In this document: in pieces, positions 1-10,283 of the stretch
Layout of the letters: each line of letters begins with the position of its first letter
How positions within the stretch are numbered: the first letter of the stretch is position 1
Assembly: GCA_050942895.1 (NCBI GenBank)
Contig: JBMNOE010000004.1
Coordinates: 97,064-161,063, forward strand
DNA length: 64,000 bases
Source of the DNA: Christensenellales bacterium
Lineage (GTDB): Bacteria; Bacillota; Clostridia; Christensenellales; UBA1750
Direction of reading: 5' to 3'
Translations under genes and position numbers: made by a program
Notes under the pieces: model-generated
Told to the model about the DNA's origin: nothing
Databases searched by the model: none
What the model saw: only the letters and a program-made list of their open reading frames with translations

Positions 1-1
1 G

Positions 2-1186
2 ATATCAAGGCTGCTTGGCCAAAAGCGAAACCAGGAGGCCGACAGCGTGGCCGTGACCGCACTTTTGATGTCCGTGGGTCTTGGCTTCATAATAATGGCG
101 ATAGGCCTTATATTCGTTCAGGATATAATGCGTGTTTTGGGCGCGACGGAAACGATTTTGCCCTATGCGGTGGATTACGCCGAGTTTATACTCATCGGCG
201 CGCCGTACATGACGGCTTCTTTGGTGATGAATAATATCCTTAGGAGCGAGGGAAGCGCCACCCTTTCGATGGTGGGCATAGCCGTGGGAGGAGTCTTGAA
301 CATAATCCTTGATCCCATATTCATATTCACGCTGGATATGGGCATGAAGGGCGCGGCGCTGGCCACGCTGATAAGCCAGTTTGTGAGTTTTTGCATACTT
401 TTGAGCATGCTTCTTAGCAAAAGAAGCAGCATTAGCCTTAAGCTTAAGAACTTTACTCTTAAGCCGCAGGTGCATATGGAGATATTGAAGATCGGCTCTC
501 CGTCGTTTTTTAGGCAAATCCTTGCCAGTATCGCTTCCGTATGCCTGAACACATTCGCAGGCCCCTTCGGTGACTATGCTATCGCCGCCATGAGCGTTGT
601 TTCAAGGATAATGTTCTTCATGGTATCGGCTCTGCTGGGCTTTGGACAGGCCTTTACGCCTGTGGCCGGATACAACTACGGCGCCAAGCGCTATGACAGG
701 CTTTGGGACAGCTACTGGTTTTGCATATGGTTTTCAGCGGCGGTTGTAAGCTTCATGGGCATCGTGGCCTTCATATTTGCTGAAAATATTGTCACTCTTT
801 TCAGGAAGGATGATTTAGACGTGATATTAACCGGCACAATCGCTCTTAGGGCGCAGTGTATCACTTTGCCGCTGCAGGCTTTCGTAATAACAAGCAATAT
901 GCTCTTTCAGGCCACCGGCAGGGCTGTAAAAGCGGCTGTGCTGGCCCTTGCAAGACAGGGGTTGTTCTTCATTCCCTTGATATTCATACTGTCAAAGACG
1001 CTGGGTTTAACGGGCGTTCAGATAAGCCAGGCGGCGGCCGACCTTTGCACATTCATTATTGCGGTGCCGGTAGTCTACAGCTTCATGAAGGAAATAAAGA
1101 CGCTGAAGGATGGCATGGCCGATATCGAAGGCCTGGAGGAGATGCGGCTTGCCGGCGACGGGGCGGCCGTAAAAAGTCAGGGATAG
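2..1186 (+). CDS. MATE family efflux transporter, 5'-truncated by window edge
   Basis: The frame stays open from nt 2 (ISRLLGQKRNQEADS precedes the GTG at 47), so the gene starts left of the window. Polytopic hydrophobic protein with MATE-like segments (IGAPYMTASLVMNNILRSEG, GMKGAALATLISQ). Confidence 0.85.
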   Translation: MSRLLGQKRNQEADSVAVTALLMSVGLGFIIMAIGLIFVQDIMRVLGATETILPYAVDYAEFILIGAPYMTASLVMNNILRSEGSATLSMVGIAVGGVLNIILDPIFIFTLDMGMKGAALATLISQFVSFCILLSMLLSKRSSISLKLKNFTLKPQVHMEILKIGSPSFFRQILASIASVCLNTFAGPFGDYAIAAMSVVSRIMFFMVSALLGFGQAFTPVAGYNYGAKRYDRLWDSYWFCIWFSAAVVSFMGIVAFIFAENIVTLFRKDDLDVILTGTIALRAQCITLPLQAFVITSNMLFQATGRAVKAAVLALARQGLFFIPLIFILSKTLGLTGVQISQAAADLCTFIIAVPVVYSFMKEIKTLKDGMADIEGLEEMRLAGDGAAVKSQG

Positions 1187-1228
1187 ATCAAAATAAATGA
1201 TAAAAATCGACTAATCAGGAGGTAGGAT

Positions 1229-2314
1229 ATGAGCAACAGAGGTGACGGTTTAAACTATGCGCCAAAGGGAAAGGCGAGGCCGGTTGTTGAAAAGGGAGAG
1301 TTTGTTTTTGCGGCTACAGGGCTGGATCATGGCCATATAAACGGCATGTGCAACGGCCTTAGCGAGGCCGGCGGCGTTCTGAAGTGGGTTTATGACCCCA
1401 ACACAAAGGCTGCCGAAGCTCTGGCGGCCAAGTTCCCGGGGGCGAAGATCGCCAGGAGCGAGCAGGAGCTTTTAGACGATACAGAGGTGAAGCTGGTGGC
1501 CGGCGCGGCGATTCCCGCCCGCAGATGCGCCCTGGGCCTTCGGGTGATGGACGCAGGAAAGGACTATTTCACCGACAAAACTCCGCTGACCAGCCTGGAG
1601 CAGCTTGAGCAGGCCAAGGCGAAGGTGAAGGAGACGGGCAAAAAATACGCCGTTTACTACAGCGAAAGACTGCATGTGGAAAGCGCGATATACGCCGGAA
1701 ATCTTATCGAGGACGGCGCAATCGGCAAGGTTTTGCAGGTCACGGGCCTTGGGCCCCACAGGCTCAGCAAGCCCACCCGGCCGGACTGGTTCTGGAGCAA
1801 GACAGAGACAGGCGGCATACTCTGCGATATCGGCAGCCATCAGATAGAGCAGTTCCTCTTTTACAGCGGAGCGAAGGATGCTAAGGTTACATACGGCAGG
1901 GTTGCCAACTTTGGCAATCCGGATTATCCTGAGTTTGAGGATTTTGGAGAGGCGGCTCTCGTCGGCGATAACGGCGCTAGCGATTATTTCAGGGTGGACT
2001 GGTTCACTCCTGACGGCCTGGGTGTCTGGGGCGACGGCAGGCTGTTCATTTTGGGCACGGATGGCTACATCGAGCAGCGCAAGTATATCGACGTGGCCAG
2101 GGCGCAGGCGGGCAGCCAGCTTTATGTGGTGGACCATGGCAAGGAAAGGCATATAGACTGCAACAACACCGTTGGCTATCCATACTTTGGCCAGTTGATA
2201 CTGGATTGTCTGAACAGAACTGAAAATGCAATGACCCAGGATCATGCCTTTAAGGCGGTAGAGCTTTGCGTTAAGGCACAGATGATGGCTGACGCAACCC
2301 GCGGCGATGTATAG
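1229..2314 (+). CDS. Gfo/Idh/MocA family oxidoreductase
   Basis: AGGAGG lies 6 nt upstream of the ATG. N-terminal dinucleotide-binding-like segment FVFAATGLDHGHINGM and overall length/layout fit Gfo/Idh/MocA sugar dehydrogenases. Confidence 0.7.
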   Translation: MSNRGDGLNYAPKGKARPVVEKGEFVFAATGLDHGHINGMCNGLSEAGGVLKWVYDPNTKAAEALAAKFPGAKIARSEQELLDDTEVKLVAGAAIPARRCALGLRVMDAGKDYFTDKTPLTSLEQLEQAKAKVKETGKKYAVYYSERLHVESAIYAGNLIEDGAIGKVLQVTGLGPHRLSKPTRPDWFWSKTETGGILCDIGSHQIEQFLFYSGAKDAKVTYGRVANFGNPDYPEFEDFGEAALVGDNGASDYFRVDWFTPDGLGVWGDGRLFILGTDGYIEQRKYIDVARAQAGSQLYVVDHGKERHIDCNNTVGYPYFGQLILDCLNRTENAMTQDHAFKAVELCVKAQMMADATRGDV

Positions 2315-2352
2315 CCGGCCATTTGTCTGCTGAATAACTGAATAAATTTAAA

Positions 2353-2385
2353 AGGAGCGCCTTTGGGGCGTTCCTTTTTTGTTTT
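2353..2385. terminator. Bidirectional rho-independent terminator (oxidoreductase / MFS convergent pair)
   Basis: AGGAGCGCC-TTTGG-GGCGTTCCT stem flanked by an A-run and TTTTTTGTTTT. Confidence 0.75.
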
Positions 2386-2403
2386 ATTTTTGATTAAGCC
2401 GCA

Positions 2404-3684
2404 TTATCCGCCCAAGGCCAAGGTGTCGGTTGCATTTTTGTCGGCGGGAGTGCGCAGGCGCAGCACCAGCGCCGAACCCAGGACTCCGAAGGCAAGGACG
2501 GCGGCAAAGACAGGCAAAAAGCCCAGCTTTTCCGCCACAAGTCCGGCAAAATAGGGCCCAAAGGCTGCGGGAACCTGCGCCAGGGACTGCATCACCAGTA
2601 TTATCGGTCTGTTTTCCTCGTTTGAAAGCCTTATCAGTTCATTGGTATAGCCGACCCAGGCCATTTGGATGAAGCCCACCAAAAAGACCATGGAATACAC
2701 CAGCGCTGCGCTGCCGAGCAAATAGGCTGAAACGCCAATAGCGCCCAGCAGGGAGGCGGCGAACATGGAGCCAATCATTATGGCATGAGGCATGAAATAA
2801 CGGCTTATCCTGCCCCAGAAGAAGCCTCCGATGAACATGCCAGACATCTGAATGTACACCATGGAGGAGGTCTGGGAGGTTGTCATATTAAGGGAGGATG
2901 TGCCAAAAAGTACCACCAGGGGTGATGCCATGAGGGCCATGGCGTATATCGCCCGGCAGATGATGACTTTGCGGATGCGGGGCTCGCTATTCCAAATGGG
3001 GGCGAAAGCGCCGATGTATTGCCTGAGCGAGTAGCGCCTTCGAACCTGCGGCTGCATGTCCTCTCTGTCGCGCAGCAGGAATATAAAAACCGTGTTAAGG
3101 CAGAACAATGTGCCGCATATGCCGAAGATAATGCTATACTTTATGTCCGGCTCAAGGCTGCCGGATAGAATGAACTTGATTAAAAAACCGGCTGCAATGC
3201 TCAAAACCCCAGCAAGCATCTGAGAATTGCCGATCATCTGCCCTCGAAACTTATCGGGAATGGTGCGGGCGGTCAGGTTAGTCCATATGAGGGCGAGACA
3301 GCCGTCCCCAAAGAAAAACAAGCCCAGCAAAACCACCAGCAGCCCGGCGGAGAAAAAGTCGCTGAGGGGGGAGAGCAAGGCCGGGACCATTAACAGAGGC
3401 AGGCCGCGGCTGAATAGAGCCAGCATGCGCATGGCCTTCATTTTGTCGGCGATCTCCACCTGCACCATGCCCATCAAAAACTGTGCCAGCATGAATGAAA
3501 ATGTGCGGATAACGGCGGAAAGGCCCGCAAGCTGCATCGATCCTGTGTATTGGTGAATGAAAACGGAAACAACGGTATTACCGTCTATAAAGGCTGCGGC
3601 AACCCAAAACAGAGAGCTTTCGGCAATCATAAACTTATAATTGCGCTTAAATAGCTTCATCAATTTTGGTTCGGTATATTCCAT
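2404..3684 (-). CDS. MFS transporter
   Basis: Hydrophobic throughout, with a roughly 12-TM profile. Start moved to the ATG at 3684 (MEYTEPK), which has GGAGG 6 nt upstream; the track ORF starts 27 nt earlier without an RBS. Confidence 0.75.
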   Translation of the reverse strand: MEYTEPKLMKLFKRNYKFMIAESSLFWVAAAFIDGNTVVSVFIHQYTGSMQLAGLSAVIRTFSFMLAQFLMGMVQVEIADKMKAMRMLALFSRGLPLLMVPALLSPLSDFFSAGLLVVLLGLFFFGDGCLALIWTNLTARTIPDKFRGQMIGNSQMLAGVLSIAAGFLIKFILSGSLEPDIKYSIIFGICGTLFCLNTVFIFLLRDREDMQPQVRRRYSLRQYIGAFAPIWNSEPRIRKVIICRAIYAMALMASPLVVLFGTSSLNMTTSQTSSMVYIQMSGMFIGGFFWGRISRYFMPHAIMIGSMFAASLLGAIGVSAYLLGSAALVYSMVFLVGFIQMAWVGYTNELIRLSNEENRPIILVMQSLAQVPAAFGPYFAGLVAEKLGFLPVFAAVLAFGVLGSALVLRLRTPADKNATDTLALGG

Positions 3685-3807
3685 AGAGCACCTCCGGCAG
3701 ATCATCAGCATGATTATATATGACTAAATGGAATAATACAATCAAAACATGCTCTCTGATGCGGACAAAGCTTCTTGCCGATACAAATGCAAGGAATGCG
3801 GGTTGCA

Positions 3808-6033
3808 TTAAAGCGTTTCCGACTGTTCGGCCATCAGCTTAAACTGCCCCGGGGTGATGCTTTCATACTTTTTGAATACCCGTAAAAATGTGTTTATGTT
3901 TACATAGCCAACCATGCGGCCGATGTCGTTTATGCCGTATGTGCCCTGGGAGAGAAGGCGCTTTGCGGCTTCGATGCGGGTGCGGTTGATGATCTCCAGC
4001 AGGCTTTCGCCCTGGGTTTTGCTGCTGAAAAGGGCGAACACGCTGGAGCGCGAGCGGCCGAAATGCTGGCAAATCTGATCAACGCTCAGGTTTGGATCGG
4101 CGTAATTTTCGTTTATATATTCTATGATCTGTTGGCGAAGCAGGCTGTTATCGCAGCTTTCATGGCCCTCATCCGGCTTACATACGATATCGATGGCCTT
4201 ATCCAGCACTTTAAACATATCATCCGCGCTTAAGTAGCGAAGCCTTGATATTTTAACATCCAGCATCTTTCCATCAGCAATATTCAGCGACTGTTCTGGT
4301 CTCGCTTTTAAAACGGAGCTTAAAAAGTCCATCATCAAAAGCCAGGCAAGATCCATGGATATCATTTGGCTGGTGTTTTTATCCCATATTTCTTTCATGA
4401 TTTTCCTGGCTGCAGCCTTATCGCCCACTGAAACGCAGTTGATGAACCGGCGTTCGTCCTCAGGCGAATATTGGTAGCTTCCGCTGCTCTCCTCCGCGAT
4501 TTTGCTATAGAAAAGAAAAGATTCGCTGCCTAAGGCGCAAAGGTAATCCAGCGTATAAAGCGCTTCGTCATATGCCACGGCTATTCCAAGAGCCGTCTCG
4601 TGGATATCGCTGGCAGCCAGCACTATGCTTTGGGAAAAATCATAAAGAGAGCCGGCCATAGTCACGATGTTTCTTTCATATTCGTCTTGGGGCATGCCGC
4701 TTACATCCACCAAGGCTGCCAAGCGTCCGTCAATGCGCACATGATAGCCGTAAAAAAGGCTGCGACTGCAATCATCGATGTTCACAAGCTGGCAAAGCTG
4801 GCTCTCGCAGTCCTCATCGCCAGCGCAGTCCAGCAAAAGCACGGCAAAGGCGTTTGAGGAATAATCAAAGTCCAGCAAAGGCAGGTATTCCTCCATTGAT
4901 ATGCCCATGTCGGCATGTCCCAGCATCAGCCTTTCAATATAGGCCACCCTGAGCTTTTCCCTGTGCTGGCTCAAAAGCACATTGCTCTGCTCATTTGTTT
5001 CCAACACGGCGTCTATTGAACGTTTAATATAATCCAGTTCGCTCATGCCCTTGCTTGCAAAATTATGTCTTTCAAGAGAGGCAACCATATCACGTAGAGG
5101 GTTGTAGTTTTTGCGAAGAGCATAGATGATTATCAATGCGCAGGCCGCGACCGCTCCCGCCAGGCTCAGTCCAGAATATTTAAGGAGATTCCGAGTGGGC
5201 TCGCTGTAAATTGAAAGGGGGAAATAGGAGTGCAGCTGCCAGCCAAGGGAGGTTGATGAGACGCTGCGCATGCTGTAGCTGCCCATATCCAACTCATCCG
5301 GTGCAGTGGGCGAATTTGTGGCCAATAGCTCTCCATAATCGCTGTATATGGCGACGATTGCTCCGTTGGAGGCGGTTAGCTTGTCGATGAGGCTGGTTAT
5401 TTTGGAGCTTTTTAAAGTCAAGCATATGACGGCGCCGGTGCCTGAGTCCTTGGCCATGTTAAAGGGCAAAAGATATACTATGCTATCGCTGCCCTTATCG
5501 GCGGGCCAATATGTGAAGGTTCGCTGGTTCAGCCCGCAAAGAGAGTCAACCCACTGGCTGTAGTTGATGGAATATGCCTTGTTATATGGCTCTGTGTATT
5601 CTGTGCTGTAAAATATGGTGGAGCCGGCCTTTGTTTGGTTGCTGATGACGCAGTCACTTTTGCTGAAATATACATATGCTGATTCGCAAAAGGTATGCTT
5701 GACAACAAAATCAGCCAATAGATCGCGTATTTTTAGGGAGTCAACTGCGGCTGATATGTCCAATGCTTCCTCGGTGGCGGTCATATTTCGTATTTGCGGA
5801 TCAATGACGAGATGATAGGAGTTTATCAATATGGGGTTTATCTCGCTTTCGTAAAGCTCGCACATGCTTTCCAACATGCGGCTGTTCATCTCGTCAATCT
5901 GTCTGTGCACAACGATATCGTACTGCCAAAGCATGTAAAACCAGGACATTATGGGGAGAATCAAAATGAGCAGATAGGAAATCAGCCAGCTTATAAGGAC
6001 CTGCTTTTTTGTCCTGTTGCGCTTGATGATCAA
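3808..6033 (-). CDS. Membrane-anchored AraC family transcriptional regulator (one-component sugar sensor type)
   Basis: TM helix near the N-terminus (VLISWLISYLLILILPIMSWF), a ~270-aa presumably extracytoplasmic region, then a second TM (GLSLAGAVAACALIIIYAL). Classical AraC dual-HTH C-terminus (SVDQICQHFGRSRSSVFALF ... INDIGRMVGYVNINTFLRVFKKYESITPGQF). Confidence 0.85.
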   Translation of the reverse strand: MIIKRNRTKKQVLISWLISYLLILILPIMSWFYMLWQYDIVVHRQIDEMNSRMLESMCELYESEINPILINSYHLVIDPQIRNMTATEEALDISAAVDSLKIRDLLADFVVKHTFCESAYVYFSKSDCVISNQTKAGSTIFYSTEYTEPYNKAYSINYSQWVDSLCGLNQRTFTYWPADKGSDSIVYLLPFNMAKDSGTGAVICLTLKSSKITSLIDKLTASNGAIVAIYSDYGELLATNSPTAPDELDMGSYSMRSVSSTSLGWQLHSYFPLSIYSEPTRNLLKYSGLSLAGAVAACALIIIYALRKNYNPLRDMVASLERHNFASKGMSELDYIKRSIDAVLETNEQSNVLLSQHREKLRVAYIERLMLGHADMGISMEEYLPLLDFDYSSNAFAVLLLDCAGDEDCESQLCQLVNIDDCSRSLFYGYHVRIDGRLAALVDVSGMPQDEYERNIVTMAGSLYDFSQSIVLAASDIHETALGIAVAYDEALYTLDYLCALGSESFLFYSKIAEESSGSYQYSPEDERRFINCVSVGDKAAARKIMKEIWDKNTSQMISMDLAWLLMMDFLSSVLKARPEQSLNIADGKMLDVKISRLRYLSADDMFKVLDKAIDIVCKPDEGHESCDNSLLRQQIIEYINENYADPNLSVDQICQHFGRSRSSVFALFSSKTQGESLLEIINRTRIEAAKRLLSQGTYGINDIGRMVGYVNINTFLRVFKKYESITPGQFKLMAEQSETL

Positions 6034-6202
6034 GAGATCATCCTCCTTTTATAAAAACATAGGGAAATGACTTTCAAAATTATCACTAATGAATATAGAA
6101 TAAATTCTGGAGTTATTATAGCATATTTCTCTATAAAGCCCAAAGAGTGGATGCTTTTTTATCGTCGCGGACTTTTTAATGATGCTTTGGACGATTTGGA
6201 AA

Positions 6203-6232
6203 TTGATGCCGCCGGCATATTTGTCCTATAAT
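6203..6232 (+). promoter_or_regulatory. Candidate promoter of the 679-aa/ABC importer operon
   Basis: TTGATG (6203-6208), 18-nt spacer, TATAAT (6227-6232), in the AT-rich divergent region shared with the AraC-type regulator. Confidence 0.45.
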
Positions 6233-6488
6233 AATAATGGCTGAAGGAAAAATGGAAAAATATTTTTACAGAATAAGGCAAAGTCCGGCTAGTGCCATAG
6301 TCCAGGGTTTTTCTTTAAAATGATTAAAAGTATGATTAAAAAACAGCTGAAAAAGCTGTAATATATGAAAAGGAGGGCTTGCTATCAAAAGTGCAAAGTA
6401 TCGCTTTTGTGATAAGAGCGCACGGCTTTCGCTCGATGAGGGGGGCGAGTTTCTAAACCTTGATATTAAAAACCTGCTATCATACTGC

Positions 6489-8528
6489 ATGGAGAAACCT
6501 TGGAGGATCGGTGCACGCAAGTGGGCCTTGTCTGAAGCCGGGCGCCAGGGGAGCGAAACAATGTTTCGCTTGGAGGACGGCAAGGCGTTAGCCGAGCTGA
6601 GGTTCGTGACTGTGGGGGAATATCTGCGCCTGGATGTGCTTTTACGCAACGAAACAGATGACGACTGGAGCAATTTTTCACTGGCGTTGCGGCTGCCCAT
6701 ACCTCAAAGGGATAGCTGCAATGTCACCATGCCCCATGTGATATACAATGACAACCCTTCCGCATCGCCAGAGCGCCTGGTGCCTCATATCGGCAAAGAG
6801 CCGGGCAAGGGTCTTGTCGTGGAGGAGCACCGCCTGCCGATACCTGCGGTGAATGTTGAATGGGGGCAGGAGGGAAGCGAAAGGTTTTTGACTTTGCTCT
6901 CGCTGCCGGATGTTACCACTGGAAATGAAGAGGATTTTTGGTCGCTTGGCGCTATCTTCGGGGAAGAGACCATGGATATCACAGCGCTGAGCGGGCCTTT
7001 GATGTTCAACGGCGAAAAGGATTTTACATATGGAGCCCAGTGCAAAAAGGTTGCTTTTGAGGGCGGCTACCGCACCTTGCCTGCGGGCGGGAGCATTTGC
7101 AAGACATTTTTTATCCACGCAGGAAAGCCAGAGGGCAGGGGGAAGGGTTTTCGCAGCATCATACGCATGGGATATGATGTGCTTAAGCCCTCGGCGAAAG
7201 AGCAGCACAGCTTGCAGAAGATGATCGAATTTAAAAAGAATGTAATGGATCATCGCTTCCATGAGGGCAACCATAGTCTGGGCTACATCTGCTACGGCGC
7301 ATCCAATAAATTTGGTGATATCTCCGGCAGGCCGGAATATTATCTTTACGCGTGGACAGGCCAGGCTCTTAAGCTTGCTTGGTGCGATTGCCTGCTGGGA
7401 ATTAAGCATAAAGAAGATGAAAATAACAAAAAAGAAAACGAAAGTGGAAACGAAGAATTTAGGCTCAAGCGCGGGATGGACGTGGCTGATTTTTATGTGA
7501 AGGGCAGCGAGGCGAATGTGTCTGGGCTTCATAGGGCCTATTATTATCACCAAAGCGATTCATGGGGAGTTCCGTTCCCTCCGGGAGGCGCGCAGGAAGC
7601 GCAGGAAACCCGGCAAGAGAAGATATCATCGCGGATGCAGGGCGAGGCATACATGGATCTTATCGACATAATGCTGCTGTTAAGGGAGAGCGGAATCAGT
7701 GTTCCGTCCCACTGGGAGGATTCTGTCAAAGACTGTTGCAACTTTCTGATGAATGAAAGCTACCAGAACAGGGAAGGAATATACCCCCTTTTCTGGACAC
7801 CCGATGGGAAAATTCCTGACGGGATGATAAATGCCGCAGGAATGCCTTGCGTGGCTGCATTGGCGAGGGCATACCGGTATTTTGGAGAAAAGGCATACAT
7901 TGAATACGCCATAAAAAAATATGAAATATACTACGATCTGCATATGCGCACATTTGATAGGCCTTTTGCTCGCTCCACGATGGATGCCAGATGTGAGGAT
8001 AAGGAGGCGGGGCTTTATTTCTTTGTGGCGGCTCATGAGCTTTTCAAGGCCACAGGGCAGCGGCGTTTTGCCGATTGGGCAGCCATCGCCGCGGATTGGA
8101 TATTGACATTCGTATATTTCTGGGATACCGGCTTCGAGCCCCATACCATCTGTGCGCGGAAAAATTTCAGCTCCGTTGGCTGGCCGGGGGTCAGCGTGCA
8201 GAACCATCATCTGGATGTTTTCTTTCCCACATATGAGCTGTATGAATACGGCGCACTGAGCAAGCAGCCCTTCTATAGCGAAATGGCGTTGAATGTCAAG
8301 AATGCTCTGACATATGGCGTTTGCACATACCCGGGTGAGTGGGGCTTCAGCGTCATCGGTGAGCAGGGAGAGCAATACTATCAAACCAACTACGGCTTTG
8401 ACGAAAGGCGCCGTTTCCCTCAACTAAAGCGAGATTATATATGGAGGGGCGGAATGCATGTGTGGAATCCTTCGTGGATAACGGCCCAGGTTTTGCAAAG
8501 CTCGCTCAGGCTTCACTACGGTACATAG
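6489..8528 (+). CDS. Uncharacterised cytoplasmic protein, putative glycan-processing enzyme (family not assignable); true start probably upstream near 6384
   Basis: First gene of the SBP/permease operon, with no signal peptide. The C-terminal half is an aromatic-rich helical repeat resembling (alpha/alpha)6-barrel CAZymes. The ATG at 6489 has no RBS, whereas the in-frame upstream sequence has AGGAGGG at 6371-6377 (see finding). Confidence 0.6.
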   Translation: MEKPWRIGARKWALSEAGRQGSETMFRLEDGKALAELRFVTVGEYLRLDVLLRNETDDDWSNFSLALRLPIPQRDSCNVTMPHVIYNDNPSASPERLVPHIGKEPGKGLVVEEHRLPIPAVNVEWGQEGSERFLTLLSLPDVTTGNEEDFWSLGAIFGEETMDITALSGPLMFNGEKDFTYGAQCKKVAFEGGYRTLPAGGSICKTFFIHAGKPEGRGKGFRSIIRMGYDVLKPSAKEQHSLQKMIEFKKNVMDHRFHEGNHSLGYICYGASNKFGDISGRPEYYLYAWTGQALKLAWCDCLLGIKHKEDENNKKENESGNEEFRLKRGMDVADFYVKGSEANVSGLHRAYYYHQSDSWGVPFPPGGAQEAQETRQEKISSRMQGEAYMDLIDIMLLLRESGISVPSHWEDSVKDCCNFLMNESYQNREGIYPLFWTPDGKIPDGMINAAGMPCVAALARAYRYFGEKAYIEYAIKKYEIYYDLHMRTFDRPFARSTMDARCEDKEAGLYFFVAAHELFKATGQRRFADWAAIAADWILTFVYFWDTGFEPHTICARKNFSSVGWPGVSVQNHHLDVFFPTYELYEYGALSKQPFYSEMALNVKNALTYGVCTYPGEWGFSVIGEQGEQYYQTNYGFDERRRFPQLKRDYIWRGGMHVWNPSWITAQVLQSSLRLHYGT

Positions 8529-8589
8529 GATAGTTCGCCCCATGTGGCGATATCAGGATTAATGCACAACATGTAAGGAGGATATCAAC

Positions 8590-10182
8590 ATGAAAAAGAC
8601 ACTTTCACTGATCTTGCTGGCCGTGCTGATTCTTAGCTTTGCGCTGACCGGATGCACAGCTCCGTCAGGCGGCGGCGAAGCTACGGCAGCCCCCGGTTCG
8701 GCAGGCGAGCCCTCGGCTAATTTCAGCTATCCCATGGACCCCATCACGCTGACAATAAACATGGACCCCCAGGATTACAGCACCATTCCCGACTGGGCCC
8801 TTGAATATTACTGGTACGACGTGCTTGCGGAGAAAACAGGCGTCACGCTGGATTGCATCGGCTCGGCTGCCGGAGCGATCGACATGACGGACGAATTTTT
8901 ACTGCTGCTGGCATCGGGCGACTACCCAGACATGTTGCGCGCCTGCTGGGCCAGTGGTTTCCCTGGGGGGCCCAATGTAGCCATACAGGACGGCTACATA
9001 ATCACCCTTGATGAGTATTCAGAATATTTTCCCCGCCTGAGCAAATATCTTGAGGAGAACCCGAAGCTGGATGCCTACATCCGAAACGATGAAGGCCAGC
9101 TCTACTGCTTCCCGAAGATAACTTTGGAGGAAGTGGGCACAGGCCCGGTTGTACGTCAGGACTGGCTGGATCAGCTTAACCTTGATGTGCCGGAGACTGT
9201 CGACGAGTGGCATAATACCCTCACTTTGTTCAAGGAAGAGCTGGGCGTTCCCTCGCCGCTCACTTTCGAGTTCCGCTGGATGTTCTTGGAATATGCCGCT
9301 TCCAGCTTAAGCTCACCCTATGGCGTAACATACCCTTTCTATATTATGGATGGCGAAGTTAAGTTCGGCCCCCTGGAGGAAGGATACCCCGAGTTCCTGG
9401 CGATGATGGCCGACTGGTACTCCCAGAAGCTGATCGACCCGGACATCGCTTCTGTTGACAAGAACACTGTTCAGGCGAAGTTCGCCACAGGTGAAGCGGG
9501 CATTGCCATACAGCAGATCGGCAATGTGAGCAACTGTATAGATGCCAACCTGGACGATCCTGATTATGCTGTCACTCCACTTAAGGCAATGGTTGAAAGC
9601 AAGGGCGACGAGCCCCAGTTCAGCCGCTGGGTGCGCCCCTATGACGGCGGCCATTCGATTGCCATCAGCACGGGCTGCGATAACATTGAGGCTGTATGCC
9701 GCTATCTTGATTATCTCTATGGAGACGAAGGCGCAGTTTTTGCCAACTTTGGCGACGAAGGCATTGCCCATGAAATAGTGGACGGCGAGTATGTGTGGTC
9801 TGATTTCATACTCAACAACCCCAATGGCGGCGCTCCAGGAAGCGTAAAGGGATATATCGTGCCGGCAAGCAACTGGCACAAGGTCAATGTGCCTGCACCC
9901 ACTCTGCTCACCGATAAGGTTCAGGCTATTTATGAGGGCTGGGTCTGTAATATGTCGGGCTATGTTTATCCCACAGTCACCCACACTCTGGAGGAAACCG
10001 AAGCCATTTCCGGCGCCTACAACGATATCGACACATATTGCCGCGAATGGATCACAAAATTTGTCCTTGGAACAACTCCCATGAGCGAGTATGAGAACTT
10101 CAAGAATGAGCTTATCAGAATGGGCATAGAGGATGTGCTGGCTGTTAAGGCTGCTGCCTATGAGCGCTTTGTAAACCGCTGA
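8590..10182 (+). CDS. ABC transporter extracellular solute-binding lipoprotein (large LplA/YtcQ-type sugar SBP)
   Basis: AGGAGG upstream. Lipoprotein signal peptide MKKTLSLILLAVLILSFALTGC with lipobox LTGC, followed by a Gly/Ala/Ser linker. 530 aa, directly followed by two sugar ABC permease genes. Confidence 0.85.
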   Translation: MKKTLSLILLAVLILSFALTGCTAPSGGGEATAAPGSAGEPSANFSYPMDPITLTINMDPQDYSTIPDWALEYYWYDVLAEKTGVTLDCIGSAAGAIDMTDEFLLLLASGDYPDMLRACWASGFPGGPNVAIQDGYIITLDEYSEYFPRLSKYLEENPKLDAYIRNDEGQLYCFPKITLEEVGTGPVVRQDWLDQLNLDVPETVDEWHNTLTLFKEELGVPSPLTFEFRWMFLEYAASSLSSPYGVTYPFYIMDGEVKFGPLEEGYPEFLAMMADWYSQKLIDPDIASVDKNTVQAKFATGEAGIAIQQIGNVSNCIDANLDDPDYAVTPLKAMVESKGDEPQFSRWVRPYDGGHSIAISTGCDNIEAVCRYLDYLYGDEGAVFANFGDEGIAHEIVDGEYVWSDFILNNPNGGAPGSVKGYIVPASNWHKVNVPAPTLLTDKVQAIYEGWVCNMSGYVYPTVTHTLEETEAISGAYNDIDTYCREWITKFVLGTTPMSEYENFKNELIRMGIEDVLAVKAAAYERFVNR

Positions 10183-10221
10183 TAACTGATAAGAAAAAGC
10201 AAACAGGCCACTTAAAGGCCG

Positions 10222-10255
10222 CTCTCCGCAAAGGGACATCAACCTTTGCGGAGAG
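10222..10255 (+). promoter_or_regulatory. Intercistronic stem-loop between SBP and permease genes
   Basis: Perfect 13-bp stem CTCTCCGCAAAGG / CCTTTGCGGAGAG with an 8-nt loop and no U-tract. Confidence 0.7.
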
Positions 10256-10283
10256 TCCATCAATATCATAAGGAGATGTTGTC

